Source of the DNA: Octopus vulgaris
Lineage: Eukaryota
NCBI GenBank assembly: GCA_951406725.2
Contig: OX597825.1
Span: 68,820,001-68,884,000, forward strand
Direction of reading: 5' to 3'
Length of the DNA: 64,000 nucleotides
Shown in pieces: positions 32,731 through 44,247 of this stretch. The first letter of the stretch is position 1. Each line of letters begins with the position of its first letter. The notes below the pieces were generated by a model. That model saw nothing but the letters and a program-made list of their open reading frames with translations. It did no database searches and was not told where the DNA came from. The position numbers were made by a program, and so were the translations under genes.

Positions 32731-33211
32731 TGCTCCAACGTTATTATCAAATAGTAACTACAATACCATAGTTCTAAGACTAATATTTTACTAACGAACA
32801 ACCCCACTAAATGAGAATTAAGTGGTTGTTGTCAGACACTAAACAAGAACTACAGCATGAAAGTTTGAAGATTCTAATCATTTTCCAGCGAGAAACCACT
32901 ATCTGAGAATTCCAAGATTATCATCTACCAAACAAGAATTCTATCATAAGAGTTTTATGGCAGTTATCATTAAGAAACGAAGATCTATTGAGAACTTTAA
33001 AGTTGTTATCATCTACCAAATAGGAGCTATAGTATCAATTTTCTGAGATTGTAATCATTTACCAAAAGAAAAAAAAAAAAGAGCCATTCAGTGATAATTC
33101 TTCCAACATACAGGAATTATATTATGATATTTCTAAGATTATCATTCATCAAAGAAGCATCAGGAAGTGAATATTCCAAAGATGTCATCCACCAAAACAG
33201 AAACTCGTATA

Positions 33212-33408
33212 CGAGGGAGTGCTGAAAAGTTCCTGGCTTTGAGGGTATCGCAGAAGATCTGGCTGGAAGCCCAACCTTCCCAGTTCTTTTACAGAGCTTA
33301 GAAAAATTGAAGGATCGCTGCAATAAGTGTGTGAATCTGAGAGGGAGATATGTTGAATAAAATCATAATTAACTAACCCAAAACCAGGAACTTTTCAACA
33401 CCCCCTCG
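33212..33408 (+). mobile_element. Mariner-derived MITE
   Basis: TIRs CGAGGGAGTGCTGAAAAGTTCCTGG / CCAGGAACTTTTCAACACCCCCTCG with TA on both sides. It retains the mariner C-terminus LEKLKDRCNKCVNLRGRYVE*. Confidence 0.92.
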
Positions 33409-33857
33409 TATTATGAGAATTCCAAATTTCTATCCATTTAACAATAAAGGAACCCTTAGGGAATATTCCAAGTTTCTCATCCTCTAAAGCGGGACTACAA
33501 TACGAAAGTTTCTAGATTGCTATCATTTAACCAGTGAAATGTCGTAGCTTATAATAGAAGTTTGATAACTATATGAAAGTGTGGTTAATTGTTGCATTTG
33601 ATCAATTTGTGGTCAAAACAATGACTTAGTAGGGAGAAAGCTAAATGAAATAATGATTTTCTATTTAAAAATAATTAAAAAATAAATGTAAATAAATGTA
33701 AAGTAACTATTTTAAGTTTCACGACATTCGAATTAATGTGGCGAATACAATGCGTGTCAGGGATGTTAATTATTGCCTGAACTAGAGTGTATGTATGTAT
33801 GTATGTATGTATGTATGTATGTATGTATGTATGTATGTATGTATGTATGTATGTATA

Positions 33858-33893
<36 letters not shown>

Positions 33894-33959
33894 TGTATGT
33901 ATGTATGTATGTATGTATGTATGTATGTATGTATGTATGTATGTATGTATGTATGTATG

Positions 33960-33995
<36 letters not shown>

Positions 33996-34061
33996 GGAGT
34001 AAACACATAAATGTGAAACAAGGTGGAAAAAAGAGTACTCAAATACCAGTGGTAGAGTATG

Positions 34062-34205
34062 CTTTATTTTAAGCAGCAGAAAATTCAACAAAATCTGTTA
34101 CTCTGAGTTTCTCGTTGCCGTTCATCAGACAGTTTTTGCTGATGAACGGCAACGAGAAACTCAGAGTAACAGATTTTGTTGAATTTTCTGCTGCTTAAAA
34201 TAAAG
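34062..34205. repeat. Perfect 67-bp-arm palindrome (10-nt loop) of a hammerhead-bearing repeat
   Basis: 34062-34128 is the exact reverse complement of 34139-34205. Confidence 0.95.
34095..34132 (-). ncRNA. Minimal type I hammerhead motif
   Basis: Minus strand: CTGT-CTGATGA-ACG GCAA CGA-GAAA-CTC A GAG-TA-ACAG. Canonical boxes, stem I CTGT/ACAG and a GNRA-capped stem II with one mismatch. Confidence 0.7.
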
Positions 34206-35968
34206 TATATATATATATATATATATATATGATGAGCGATTAAACGAAAGCGATCCCCAGGTAATGGAAACCGCATCGCCAGTACAGATTATAGAGGAGC
34301 TTATCATAATATTGTCGTGGTACAGCTCATAAATCATTGAGAACAATGGTTGGTATTAAATCATATTGAATTTGCAGAAAACTTCAGAGCAAAACTTTCG
34401 ATCATTCAAAAGAATACATTTCTTGTCATTTAGTAAATTTCTGGTGTATTTAAACAATAATAAATTTATAGTAATCAACATATTCCATCGTATTTCATTT
34501 TACTGCGTCGTTTATCTATTTTGTATCTGTCAATAAATGAATCATTTATTAGTTACAAAATATTGATTCGAAGTCTAGAAACTTTTCTGATGAAAAGACT
34601 TGCTGTCATTGCTCCTTCTTATATATTATGCGTGACAGGTTTCTTTCACCTTGTTGCATATTTCAAACAAATTTTTCCTAAATTATCTTCACGTTTCACA
34701 CGAATTCTTCAACGAGGAATTTATTAATTGCAAAGTTAAAGCTGCGGCTCAACTTCGCATTGTGTGTTGCGACTCATCTTATCATCGTGTGTTGCGAAGG
34801 CAGTGGGCGGATTTTGCAAGATAAGAACGAAAATATTGATATTACAGGTATTTAACAGCATTGAGAGATAAGTATGAAGACAACGAGAGTTGAAGTCAGA
34901 ACAGTGAGGTAGTAAGTTAGGAACATGTAACCACTTCATCCTTCTACTAACTTACCTCATACCATGATTCTCGAAATATATATTTATTTCAGACAGAAGA
35001 TAATGCAGTGATAGAAATGGTTAACCCTGGACGATTTGAGTTCAATTCTTGCGGGAACTTGATGCTGATTGTAAATCTTCTTGGATCGAGAATATATTTA
35101 CCACATATACTCTATTTATAGCTTCATCTTGACATAAAAACTAGAAAATCAATATTTCTAAAATGGATAAGAGCAAGGAATATTATAGAATAAAGGAATG
35201 AAATTTTGTGAAGTTTAAGCCATTTAAAAGTTTTGTTTTATTGTCGAAAGTAATAAAATTCAACTTCAAACTGAATTCAAAACAAGCACTGAGCTTCGTT
35301 TAGCGGTTGCTCTTATTTTAAGCTTAGACTCTCTAGGACATGCAGGGACAGCTTTTATCGAGAAGCGGGCAGCATGACACATCGTCAGGCAAGCCATACT
35401 ACTAAAAATATTCAAGATAATTTTTCAGTAGCAGAAAGTCCAGCGGGTCACAGTTTGCCTATGATTGCTTTAAGACCTATGTCTGTCTGGTTTGATTATG
35501 TTTCTGCACCCAGAAGTGCGACTGATGAAGCGGATGTCAGTTATGAAGAGGGTAAAACTGATGTTTATTATGATCGTGATTATGATGGTGATAAGTGGAA
35601 ACTTGAATTTGTTTATTCACTAGAAACATTTGCAAATGGAACACAATGGCCTATTTTGATGTATATATGTATAACGATGGTTTAGTATGCGTATATACTG
35701 TTGTGAAATATTAAAATTTTTAATGTATTAATTGTATTAATCAAATTATATTAACGACAATATGTAGTTTGAATCTGCTCTTCGATTTAAGGTTTTTCCT
35801 CGATTTTTATAATTTATAATTTATATCGAATTCATTTATTTTGTTTATTTTGTTTATCGCATGCTTAAGACCGTTCTTTGAAAGGACCAATGAAACAAAT
35901 CCATTTTCAAAGGTGTATCCTTTAACTAGTTTTGATCATATTGTTATTTCTGTTCTATTTCAACAAAA

Positions 35969-36006
35969 CTGTCCGACGAACGGGAACGTGAAACTCAGAG
36001 TAACAG
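35969..36006 (+). ncRNA. Minimal type I hammerhead motif (core CCGACGA), same family as 34095
   Basis: CTGT-CCGACGA-ACG GGAA CGT-GAAA-CTC A GAG-TA-ACAG. The host repeat 35960-36100 is an inverted homologue of 34000-34135. Confidence 0.7.
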
Positions 36007-36189
36007 CTTTTGTTATATTTCTGCTGCTTTTAAATAAAGCATATTACTCTACCTCTGGTATTTGAGTACTCTTTTTTCCACCTTGTTTCACATTTATGTG
36101 CTTATATATATATATAAAATACATATTTATTTACATGGAGCATACATTCATGCATACATACATACAAACATATAAATATACATAAATGA

Positions 36190-36541
36190 TTATTTCTGTC
36201 TGTCTGTTACCATCTCATTGCCTAAACCAGCGAATTAATTTCACGAAAGTTTGTATATATGTTAAACTACGATCTGGTTCAATTATAAGCTAATCAGAAT
36301 TCCATAAAAATCACTAATGGGCCCGCTACGGGGGTTGGGCTATTATATGATAAAATGAGAAGGGTGCAAAAGTGTTAGGTTGAGGGAAATGTGGTGCCAT
36401 AATCAGGGCGGCTGATATCAGGGAAGGGGAGGAGATAGGAAGAGACAAAGAGACAAGGTATGTGAGAGACAGAGAGGACAGGGAATGTGAGTGACAGAGA
36501 GACACAGAAACAGAGAGGGAGAGAGAGAGAGAGAGAGAGAA

Positions 36542-36620
<79 letters not shown>

Positions 36621-37384
36621 ATGTGTTTACTGAATTTTTACCTACCAGTTAACGCATACACTTTAGTCAATTAACTATCGTATGCTCAGTCAAAACTTTT
36701 ACAATAACAACAGATGTAAAAGTAATAATTAAAAGGTAAAGTGTTTTATATTTGTTTTCCAATCACTGTATTAAGAGTTATTAAAACTTCACCAACGTAC
36801 TGAAACAATAAAACTATATTCATGAAGATGATGTCTTCCATTATCTTCATGAATAGCCTGTCGCTGTCGGGCAATTTTTACTATAGAATGTATTATATTA
36901 TAAATTTCTGTGTATTCTATGTCAGACAATGCCTTCCCCGACAGATAGGCCTCTGAACCTGTTTTTTCCCATGGCCAACTGTATGTAGGATGTTCAAGAG
37001 TCGGCCATTCAAATCATTTGTTTATTTATGCCCCATAGGGCAAGGCCAGAAATGCAGTGTATAAAGAGGGTCTGCAAAATTGATAATAATCAACCATCAA
37101 TCGTTTCATAGTAGCACATCTTCAATCCTCTCATCCTTTCAACCATCCACCAATTCCAACTTTGATATTATCTTACCATTACAACCGATCAATTTTATGA
37201 TTCAACTGTATTACTTGCCAGTGTTTGTGAATCTATCCCACGTCACCGTGTATTAGTAAATCTATTTGTAATTTAAACAGGAACTGAACAGAGAACCGTA
37301 TAGGACATGAAACAGCGTAATGGGAACGGGAACTGAACTGGAAATAACCTCGCTTTTCCGGGTATTATAGGGTAATTTAGCTAG
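36190..37384 (+). mobile_element. Possible degraded non-autonomous Helitron
   Basis: (CTGT)n near the start and a 3' end CCGGG...GGGTAATTTAGCTAG|T. The terminal hairpin is imperfect and the 5' end is unclear. Confidence 0.35.
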
Positions 37385-37945
37385 TATACACACACACATA
37401 TACACACACATACACACACGCGTTTGTGTACACATTCATATATTCATAGATACACACACACACACACACACATATATACTTACAGATATAGGGTAAAAGA
37501 TAATTAATTTAATAAAATCAACAAATTTCACCTAGTAGTATTTCGGTATGGAAAGGGACCATATTCGGTAAAAACTTATACAGAAAGTTTTTTTTATATA
37601 TAAATATAACAATAAGGGTTTAGCGACAAGTTGCTTGACCACATACCGAAAATTTTAGAAATAGCAGCCAAAGGACTACTGAGACATATTTTTGTAGAAA
37701 AAGGAAATAGTTGTCCTTTGGCTGCTATTTAAAAAAAATTTCGGTATGTGGTCAAGCAACTTTTTGCTAAACCCTTATTGTTATATATATATAATATTAT
37801 ACAAATTAGAGACAAAACCACTATTATGTAAATTATGTATGTATGTATATATGTATGTATGTATGTATGGATGGATGGATGGATGGATGGATGGATGTCA
37901 TTATTCAGTTTCATTTCAAGAGTTCTTGCAAATAGAGAAAGAGCC

Positions 37946-38008
<63 letters not shown>

Positions 38009-38312
38009 TCATGCTCACGTACTCATACACACACATACATACATATCCATACATACATATCCATACATATACATAAATAGTTATGAATTCAGAGTGTAGA
38101 GTATAGATACCTTCATAAAAACATAAAGCTATGGTATAATCTTATTGGCTTTGTTCATTTAGACCTACCCCCAAAATACCCTGTTGTTGATGTTGAAATC
38201 CCAGTGAAGGAGCCTTGGATCTAGGTTAGAAAACGGTTCTTTCTCTATTTGCAAGAAATCTTGAAATGAAACTGAATAATGACATCCATCCATCCATCCA
38301 TCCATCCATCCA

Positions 38313-38347
<35 letters not shown>

Positions 38348-39070
38348 TCTTTTATTTTACCCTAATGTGCATACATGTGTATATACATGCATATATCTAT
38401 CCAAACTTTTGCCCTCACGAATCTGCTCCTTTGCATACAACTCCACCAATCATCTTCCAATTACGCTCTTGTGTAAGATTTTCTCTATCTATATCTCTGC
38501 ATTCAGGACGTGTAGTTAGATACCCGCATAACAAATAAAGCTATGATGTAACCTTATTGGATTTGTTCATTTAGACCTACCCCTTTCTATACATCGTGAT
38601 ATGTTCGTACGTTTACTAATGCTACTACTGATATACGTGTTATAATATATTTATTCTGTGACTACTTTCTGCAGGTACATGTAATATCATTACGTTATGG
38701 TTAGATAAATCACTTCTGTAGCTACTTCCCTTTTAAACAAACAACTACACACATAGCCCAGTTATGTATAGGATAATAAAATTTATATGCAAACAACAAT
38801 ATAAACACATTAGTGATTATAATGAAACATTATATTTACATTTTTGAGTATGTAAAGGATTGATATAACTAAATAATCATATATACATGGATTATTAATA
38901 AATCACATAATTTAGATAAACAAGGATAAAATCATACCAATAACGATAATAAACAAACATTAATTACATTTTTGAGTAAATAAGGGATTGATATATTTAA
39001 TATCACAATTTCAAAATTCCAGTAAAAGATCGTTATATATACAAATATGTATACACATAATACCTAAATA

Positions 39071-39300
39071 CGAGGTACGTTCAAAAAGTATCCGATTTTA
39101 TTTTTCTCGCCAAAACTAATACAGCGTGGACAAAATCCTTTGAGTTGGAGTTGATGCTACCTTTCCTGCGCACAGACAAGAGTTTTCGCGCCGATAGGCC
39201 GCGTCAGTAGTTGGCTGTTATGACTAGAGTGCAGACGTGTAGAGCGCACAGTCCAGCCTGTCGTGTGCGGTTTCTATGCGGAGTTGGTTCTGCTGCCCTG
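39071..39300 (+). mobile_element. Mariner-like terminal fragment
   Basis: TA|CGAGGTACGTTCAAAAAGTATCCGA is a TIR-like start, with a similar one at about 6212. It is cut off by a SINE B tail. Confidence 0.5.
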
Positions 39301-39491
39301 CCAGTACTTTACTCTTTTACTCTTTTACCGATAAAATAAGTACTAGGCTTACCCAAAGAATAAGTCCCGGGATCGATTTGCTCGACCAAAAGGCGGTGCT
39401 CCAGCATGGCCGCAGTCAAATGACTGAAACAAGTAAAAGAGTAAAAGAGCCAGCTCATTTGCGATGTATAAATGTTAAAAATAATATTCAT

Positions 39492-39563
39492 TAGCAGAGC
39501 GTAGTTTCGATCTACGGACCTCTGGGTTATGGGCCCAGCACGTTCCCACTGTGCCACTCTGCT
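39492..39563 (-). tRNA. tRNA-iMet-CAT: Initiator tRNA-Met (CAT), D-stem mutated (possible pseudogene)
   Basis: AGCAGAG TG GCAC AGTGGGA ACGT G CTGGG CCCATAA CCCAG AGGTC CGTAG ATCGAAA CTACG CTCTGCT A. It has A1-U72, three G-C pairs in the anticodon stem, the ATCG T-loop of eukaryotic initiators and TTTTT about 10 nt downstream. Confidence 0.9.
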
Positions 39564-40078
39564 CAGCGTGTGCCAAAGCAAATATATAATGTATCATTTG
39601 TCTTATTGTATGTTCTGGGGTGACATTATTTCTATCACATCATCGACCATATGTCGTTATTTATTTATTGATTTTTATGTATTGAACTTTCAAATGTACG
39701 AAATATAGTAGCTACACAATACATGCACTTGAATGTTAATTTACTTACTCAAAGGTGACATTACACTCTGCTGATACTCAGAGAGTCACATTTGACTAAC
39801 CACAGGCGTAGATCTATGCATTGCAGGTTTTTTAGTGCCTCTTCATTTGCCATTTGTAGATCAGCCGGAAGCAAAAAAAAAATTCTTTTAATATTTCCTA
39901 GCGCAGCATAGCAAGCAAGTTTTCTAGTATGTTTCTACCGAATAAACGAAGCTGAGGTACTGTGAAAGTTTGATAATGAAAATGTTGTCAACAACGTATT
40001 AGTCTTCCCGGGAATTTTCCTTGAATTATCCTTGAATTCAGACTATATTTATTTCAATTTTTTAAATATACTCTTCAC

Positions 40079-40161
<83 letters not shown>

Positions 40162-40169
40162 GTTATTAT

Positions 40170-40770
40170 TAGGCGGTGAAAGGCAGCGAGCTGGCAGAAT
40201 TGTTGGCACACCGGGCAAATTGCTTTCCGGCATTTCGTCTGTCGTTAAGTTGTGAGTTCAAATTCCGCCGAGGTCGACATTGCCTTTCATCCTTTTGGGG
40301 TCGATAAATTAAGTACCAGTTACGCACTGGGGTCGATGTAATCGACTTAATACCTATGTCTGTCCTTGTTTGTCCCCTCTATGTTTAGCCCCTTGTGGGT
40401 AATAAAGAAATAGGTATTTCGTCTGCTGCCACGTTTTGAGTTTAAATTCTGATCCAGGTCAACTTTATCTTTCTTCCCTTCGGAATCGATAAATTAAGTA
40501 TCGCTCAAGTACTGGAGTCGATGTGATCGATTGTCCCCCTTACCACAAAATCCAGGATTTGTGCCTATAGTAGAAAGGATTATTATTAGGCGGTAGCGGA
40601 ATCGTTAGCGCGCCAGCCGAAATGCTTTGCGGTATTTCGTCTGCTGCTATGTTCTGAGTTCAAATTCCGCCGAGGTCGACTTTGCTTTTCATTCCTTCGG
40701 GGTCGATAAATTAAGTACCAGAGAAACACTGGAGTCGATGTAATCGAGTATCTCCCTTCTCCAATGTGCC
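40170..40770 (+). mobile_element. SINE family A dimer plus additional copy
   Basis: Junction AAGAAATAGGTATTTC at about 40410, with a further copy starting at about 40588. Confidence 0.85.
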
Positions 40771-40822
40771 CTTTATTTCTGAAAACAAATAAAAAAACGA
40801 CAGCAAAAAAAAAAAAATAACG

Positions 40823-41238
40823 TAGGTGCAGGAGTGGCTGTGTAGTGAGTAGCTTGCTAACCAATCACATGGTTCCGGGTTCAGTCCCACTGCGTGGCAT
40901 CTTGGGCAAGTGTCTTCTGCTATAGACCCGGGCCGACCAATGCCTTGTGAGTGGATTTGGTAGACGGAAACTGAAAGAAGCCTGTCGTATATATGTATAT
41001 ATATATATGTGTGTGTGTGTATGTGTGTGTGTATGTCTGTGTTTGTCCCTCTAGCATTGCTTGACAACCGATGCTGGTGTGTTTATGTCCCCGTCACTTA
41101 GCGGTTCGGCAAAAGAGACCTATAGAATAAGTACTGGGCTTAAAAGGAATAAGTCCCGGGGTCGATTTGCTCGACTAAAGGCGGTGCTCCAGCATGGCCG
41201 CAGTCAAATGACTGAAGCAAGTAAAAGAATAAAGAAAA
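40823..41238 (+). mobile_element. SINE family B, full length
   Basis: Head, internal microsatellite and tail all match the consensus. Confidence 0.9.
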
Positions 41239-41431
41239 GTAGGATCGAGCGAGGTGCTACCAACCTTCTCCAACCAAACGCTCCTCCTCTAACTTCTAAC
41301 CAGCATCTGAACCATTAAGTCAGGCGCTTTTAAGCCAGGCACAAATCTGTTAGCACTTTACATTAGTCTTGAAAAATACTTATAGTTGGTTTACAAACCA
41401 CTTCAAGATAAATTATATTGATTTAATCCTC

Positions 41432-41506
<75 letters not shown>

Positions 41507-42270
41507 GTTCAACAGAACAATTTGTTCACCAGCCATTTCTCTACCCTTCTCTCTCTTTCTCTCTCTTTCAGTCTCTGTTTCCCCTCACACTGTATTTCTC
41601 CTTTGCTTGTATTTCTCTGCCCAGATGGCATCCTATGATTGTTTAGATAATGGAATTCGTCTTCAGAGCTTAAAGCATAAGAAAGAATCCAATGACAAGT
41701 TACATACTGCTAGAATGCCATACTTTACCATCTCCACTAAAGCACTCAGTCATTCATCCGAACTAATCCAAACACCGATGTGACCACTGAACAGTAAATA
41801 TATTCATTTAATCATCGTCACCACCTCAGTTGTTAACCTGTTTATCTTGACAATAGTTATATTACGATGGTTTAGTTTGGCCAAACAACACAAAGGTTTT
41901 GCATGGCTTGATGTAAGTGGAATTAGAAAGATGCGAATAACGTTGTCTTCCCTTAAGGTACTAAAGGTTGGAAGCAAAGGAAATGAAATGAAAACGTTTT
42001 TGACTGAGAAACTGAAGACCGAGTCGCGGTCATGTAATGCAAGCTGTTACGGTTGGTTTCTATGATAGTAATGATGATGATGATAATGATGATGATAATG
42101 ATGATGACAGTAATGGTGATGATGAGCCTGTTAGTTATAGAGTATTGTACAACCATCACCCAATAGTGTGACACAACACATACTAAAGGTATTTTTTTAA
42201 TTTAAGAGATGAGGAATTATGTACGTTATTTACATTCGACGGATATTTCTCCTCATCTTGTTTGTTGTTA

Positions 42271-42314
42271 ACACAACGTTTCGGCTGATATACCCTCAAG
42301 CCTTCATCAGGTGT
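42271..42314 (-). ncRNA. Minimal type I hammerhead ribozyme, copy 1
   Basis: ACAC-CTGATGA-A-GGCT...AGCC-GAAA-CG-TT-GTGT. Canonical core, stem I ACAC/GTGT and palindromic AACGTT. Confidence 0.85.
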
Positions 42315-42451
42315 CTTGGGGAAATTTCGAACCTGGGTTCTCATTCCTAAGGTATTTCTTTATTTAAGAGATGAGGAATTATGTACATTATTTACATTGT
42401 TTACATTATTTATATTCGACGGATATTTGTCCTCATCTTGTTTGTTCGTTA

Positions 42452-42495
42452 ACACAAAGTTTCAGCTGATATACCCTCCAGCCTTCATCAGGTGT
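42452..42495 (-). ncRNA. Minimal type I hammerhead ribozyme, copy 2
   Basis: ACAC-CTGATGA-A-GGCTG...CAGCT-GAAA-CT-TT-GTGT. Stem III palindrome is mutated. Confidence 0.7.
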
Positions 42496-42632
42496 CTTGG
42501 TAAATTTAAAACCTGGGTTCTCATTCCTAAGGTATTTCTTTATTTAAGAGATGAGGAATTATGTACATTATTTACATTGTTTACATTATTCACATATCGA
42601 CCATATTTGTGTGTCATCTTGTTTGTTGTATA

Positions 42633-42673
42633 ATACAACGTTTCGGCCGATATACCCAACCATCATCAGGTGT
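42633..42673 (-). ncRNA. Minimal type I hammerhead ribozyme, copy 3
   Basis: ACAC-CTGATGA-T-GGTTG...CGGCC-GAAA-CG-TT-GTAT. Stem II is kept by G-U pairs and has a shorter loop. Confidence 0.75.
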
Positions 42674-42744
42674 CTATGGAGATAATTTCGAACCTGGGTA
42701 TCTCACTTCTATATATAAAAAATGAAAAAGCTCACACACATGTT

Positions 42745-42784
<40 letters not shown>

Positions 42785-42855
42785 TCACACATGTGTATAT
42801 ACACATTTGTGTGTGAGTGTGTGTGTTTGTGAGTGTACATATACATGTATGTATG

Positions 42856-42926
<71 letters not shown>

Positions 42927-43175
42927 TGAGAGATAGAACGAGATGGACGCTTAAAAATTTTTATGCTGTTGCCGCATTACGTCGTACGCGAATGAGATGA
43001 TTTGCATCCAACCAGAATTTTTGATGTAATACATGTCCTTGAAGAAGTAATTTGCGCGGCTGAAGAATCATCCACAGACGCCTTGATGGATTGCCATCAC
43101 AAGCAGTTTTTCTAATAAAGGCTCTGTAAACATATGTAATGCTGAATCCTTGGCATCATGCCTTTTTATTTTGAT

Positions 43176-43241
<66 letters not shown>

Positions 43242-43265
43242 AATGTAAATATAAATATGTATTTA

Positions 43266-43473
43266 CGAGTGGGTGTTAAAAAATTTCTGGCTTTGAGTAA
43301 AAGAAAATACAGGAAACTCAGTTAATTATGATTTTATCCAACATATTCCCTTCTCAGACTCATACACTTATTGCAGTTTTTCTAAACTCTGTAAAAGAAG
43401 TCAGAAAGTTGGGCCTCTACCCAGGTCTTTCGCTTAGGAACCTAAAAGCAAGGAACGTTTCCGCAACACCTGG
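43266..43473 (-). mobile_element. Mariner-derived MITE, same family as 33212
   Basis: Diverged TIRs and TA flanks. The interior is the reverse complement of 33212-33408. Confidence 0.8.
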
Positions 43474-43617
43474 TATACATACACGCACACTCGTACGCAC
43501 ACATGCACGCTTGTGCCACATATTTAAACCCAAAATGACATATAGATGAATGATTATGTGGATGGATAAAGAGACAAGCATAAAGTGAGTCATTGAGGTT
43601 TCAGGTCTATTTCATTA

Positions 43618-44247
43618 TTGGGTTCTCCGATGCAATAGTTCGTGCCGATTTTTAATTTGCTTCATCATCCATTCGATTCATTTTAGCAACTTTGTACATA
43701 TGGTTGAGATCAAGTCATGAAACGTATGTTTCAGACTACACCTCCATTTACGAGCAGGAAAAACCATTTTAGGCTATCTTTTCGTGGAAGAAGATTTATG
43801 CCGTACTCCTATGTAGAACTGTAGGTTAATTCTGTAACCTTTAAAATGGAAGATAAGCAGCTTTCCAGCTGTTTCGGCACTTTATCTTTGGGAACCAGAC
43901 ATCAATCAATTGACAGTCAGGCTGGGATCGAGTTAGGAGACCCCAAAACTCCTCCATATTCAGCACGAGCTTTGCTCCTTGAATTTCCACTTATTCAGGT
44001 CTCTGCAGAATAGTCTTAATGGTAAAAATTTCAATTCCTTGGATGGCGTAAAAAGATACCTTGATGAATTCTTTGCCATGAAACCACCTCAGTTCTGGGA
44101 AGAGGGTATTTTCAAGTTAAAGGAAAGATGGAGACGCATTGAGCAACAAAATGGTTCATATTTGGTTGATTAAAAAATATAATGGCAAATATTTATTGAC
44201 CTTTTTCTTTCCTTTAAAAATCGGCATGAACTTTCCGGACAACCCAA
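43618..44247 (+). mobile_element. Internally deleted mariner element
   Basis: TIRs TTGGGTT..CCG..AGTTCGTGCCGATTTTTA / TAAAAATCGGCATGAACTTTCCGGACAACCCAA with TA flanks. Encodes PPYS...FHLFRSLQNSLNGKNF...FWEEGIFKLKERWRRIEQQNGSY. Confidence 0.92.

Larger units (their letters stand above)
42183..42705 (-). mobile_element. Tandem trimer of a 181-bp hammerhead-containing unit (retrozyme-like / Penelope pLTR array)
   Basis: Equivalent positions at 42271, 42452 and 42633 give a period of 181. Each unit carries one hammerhead motif on the minus strand. Confidence 0.85.

Noticed and set aside
35374-35685. 103-aa ORF with non-repetitive composition
   Set aside because: No recognisable domain or convincing splice context. 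It may be a decayed element but cannot be supported.
37530-37575. CCGAATA-TGGT...ACC-GAAATAC on the minus strand
   Set aside because: The core is too degenerate and stems I and III are unconvincing.
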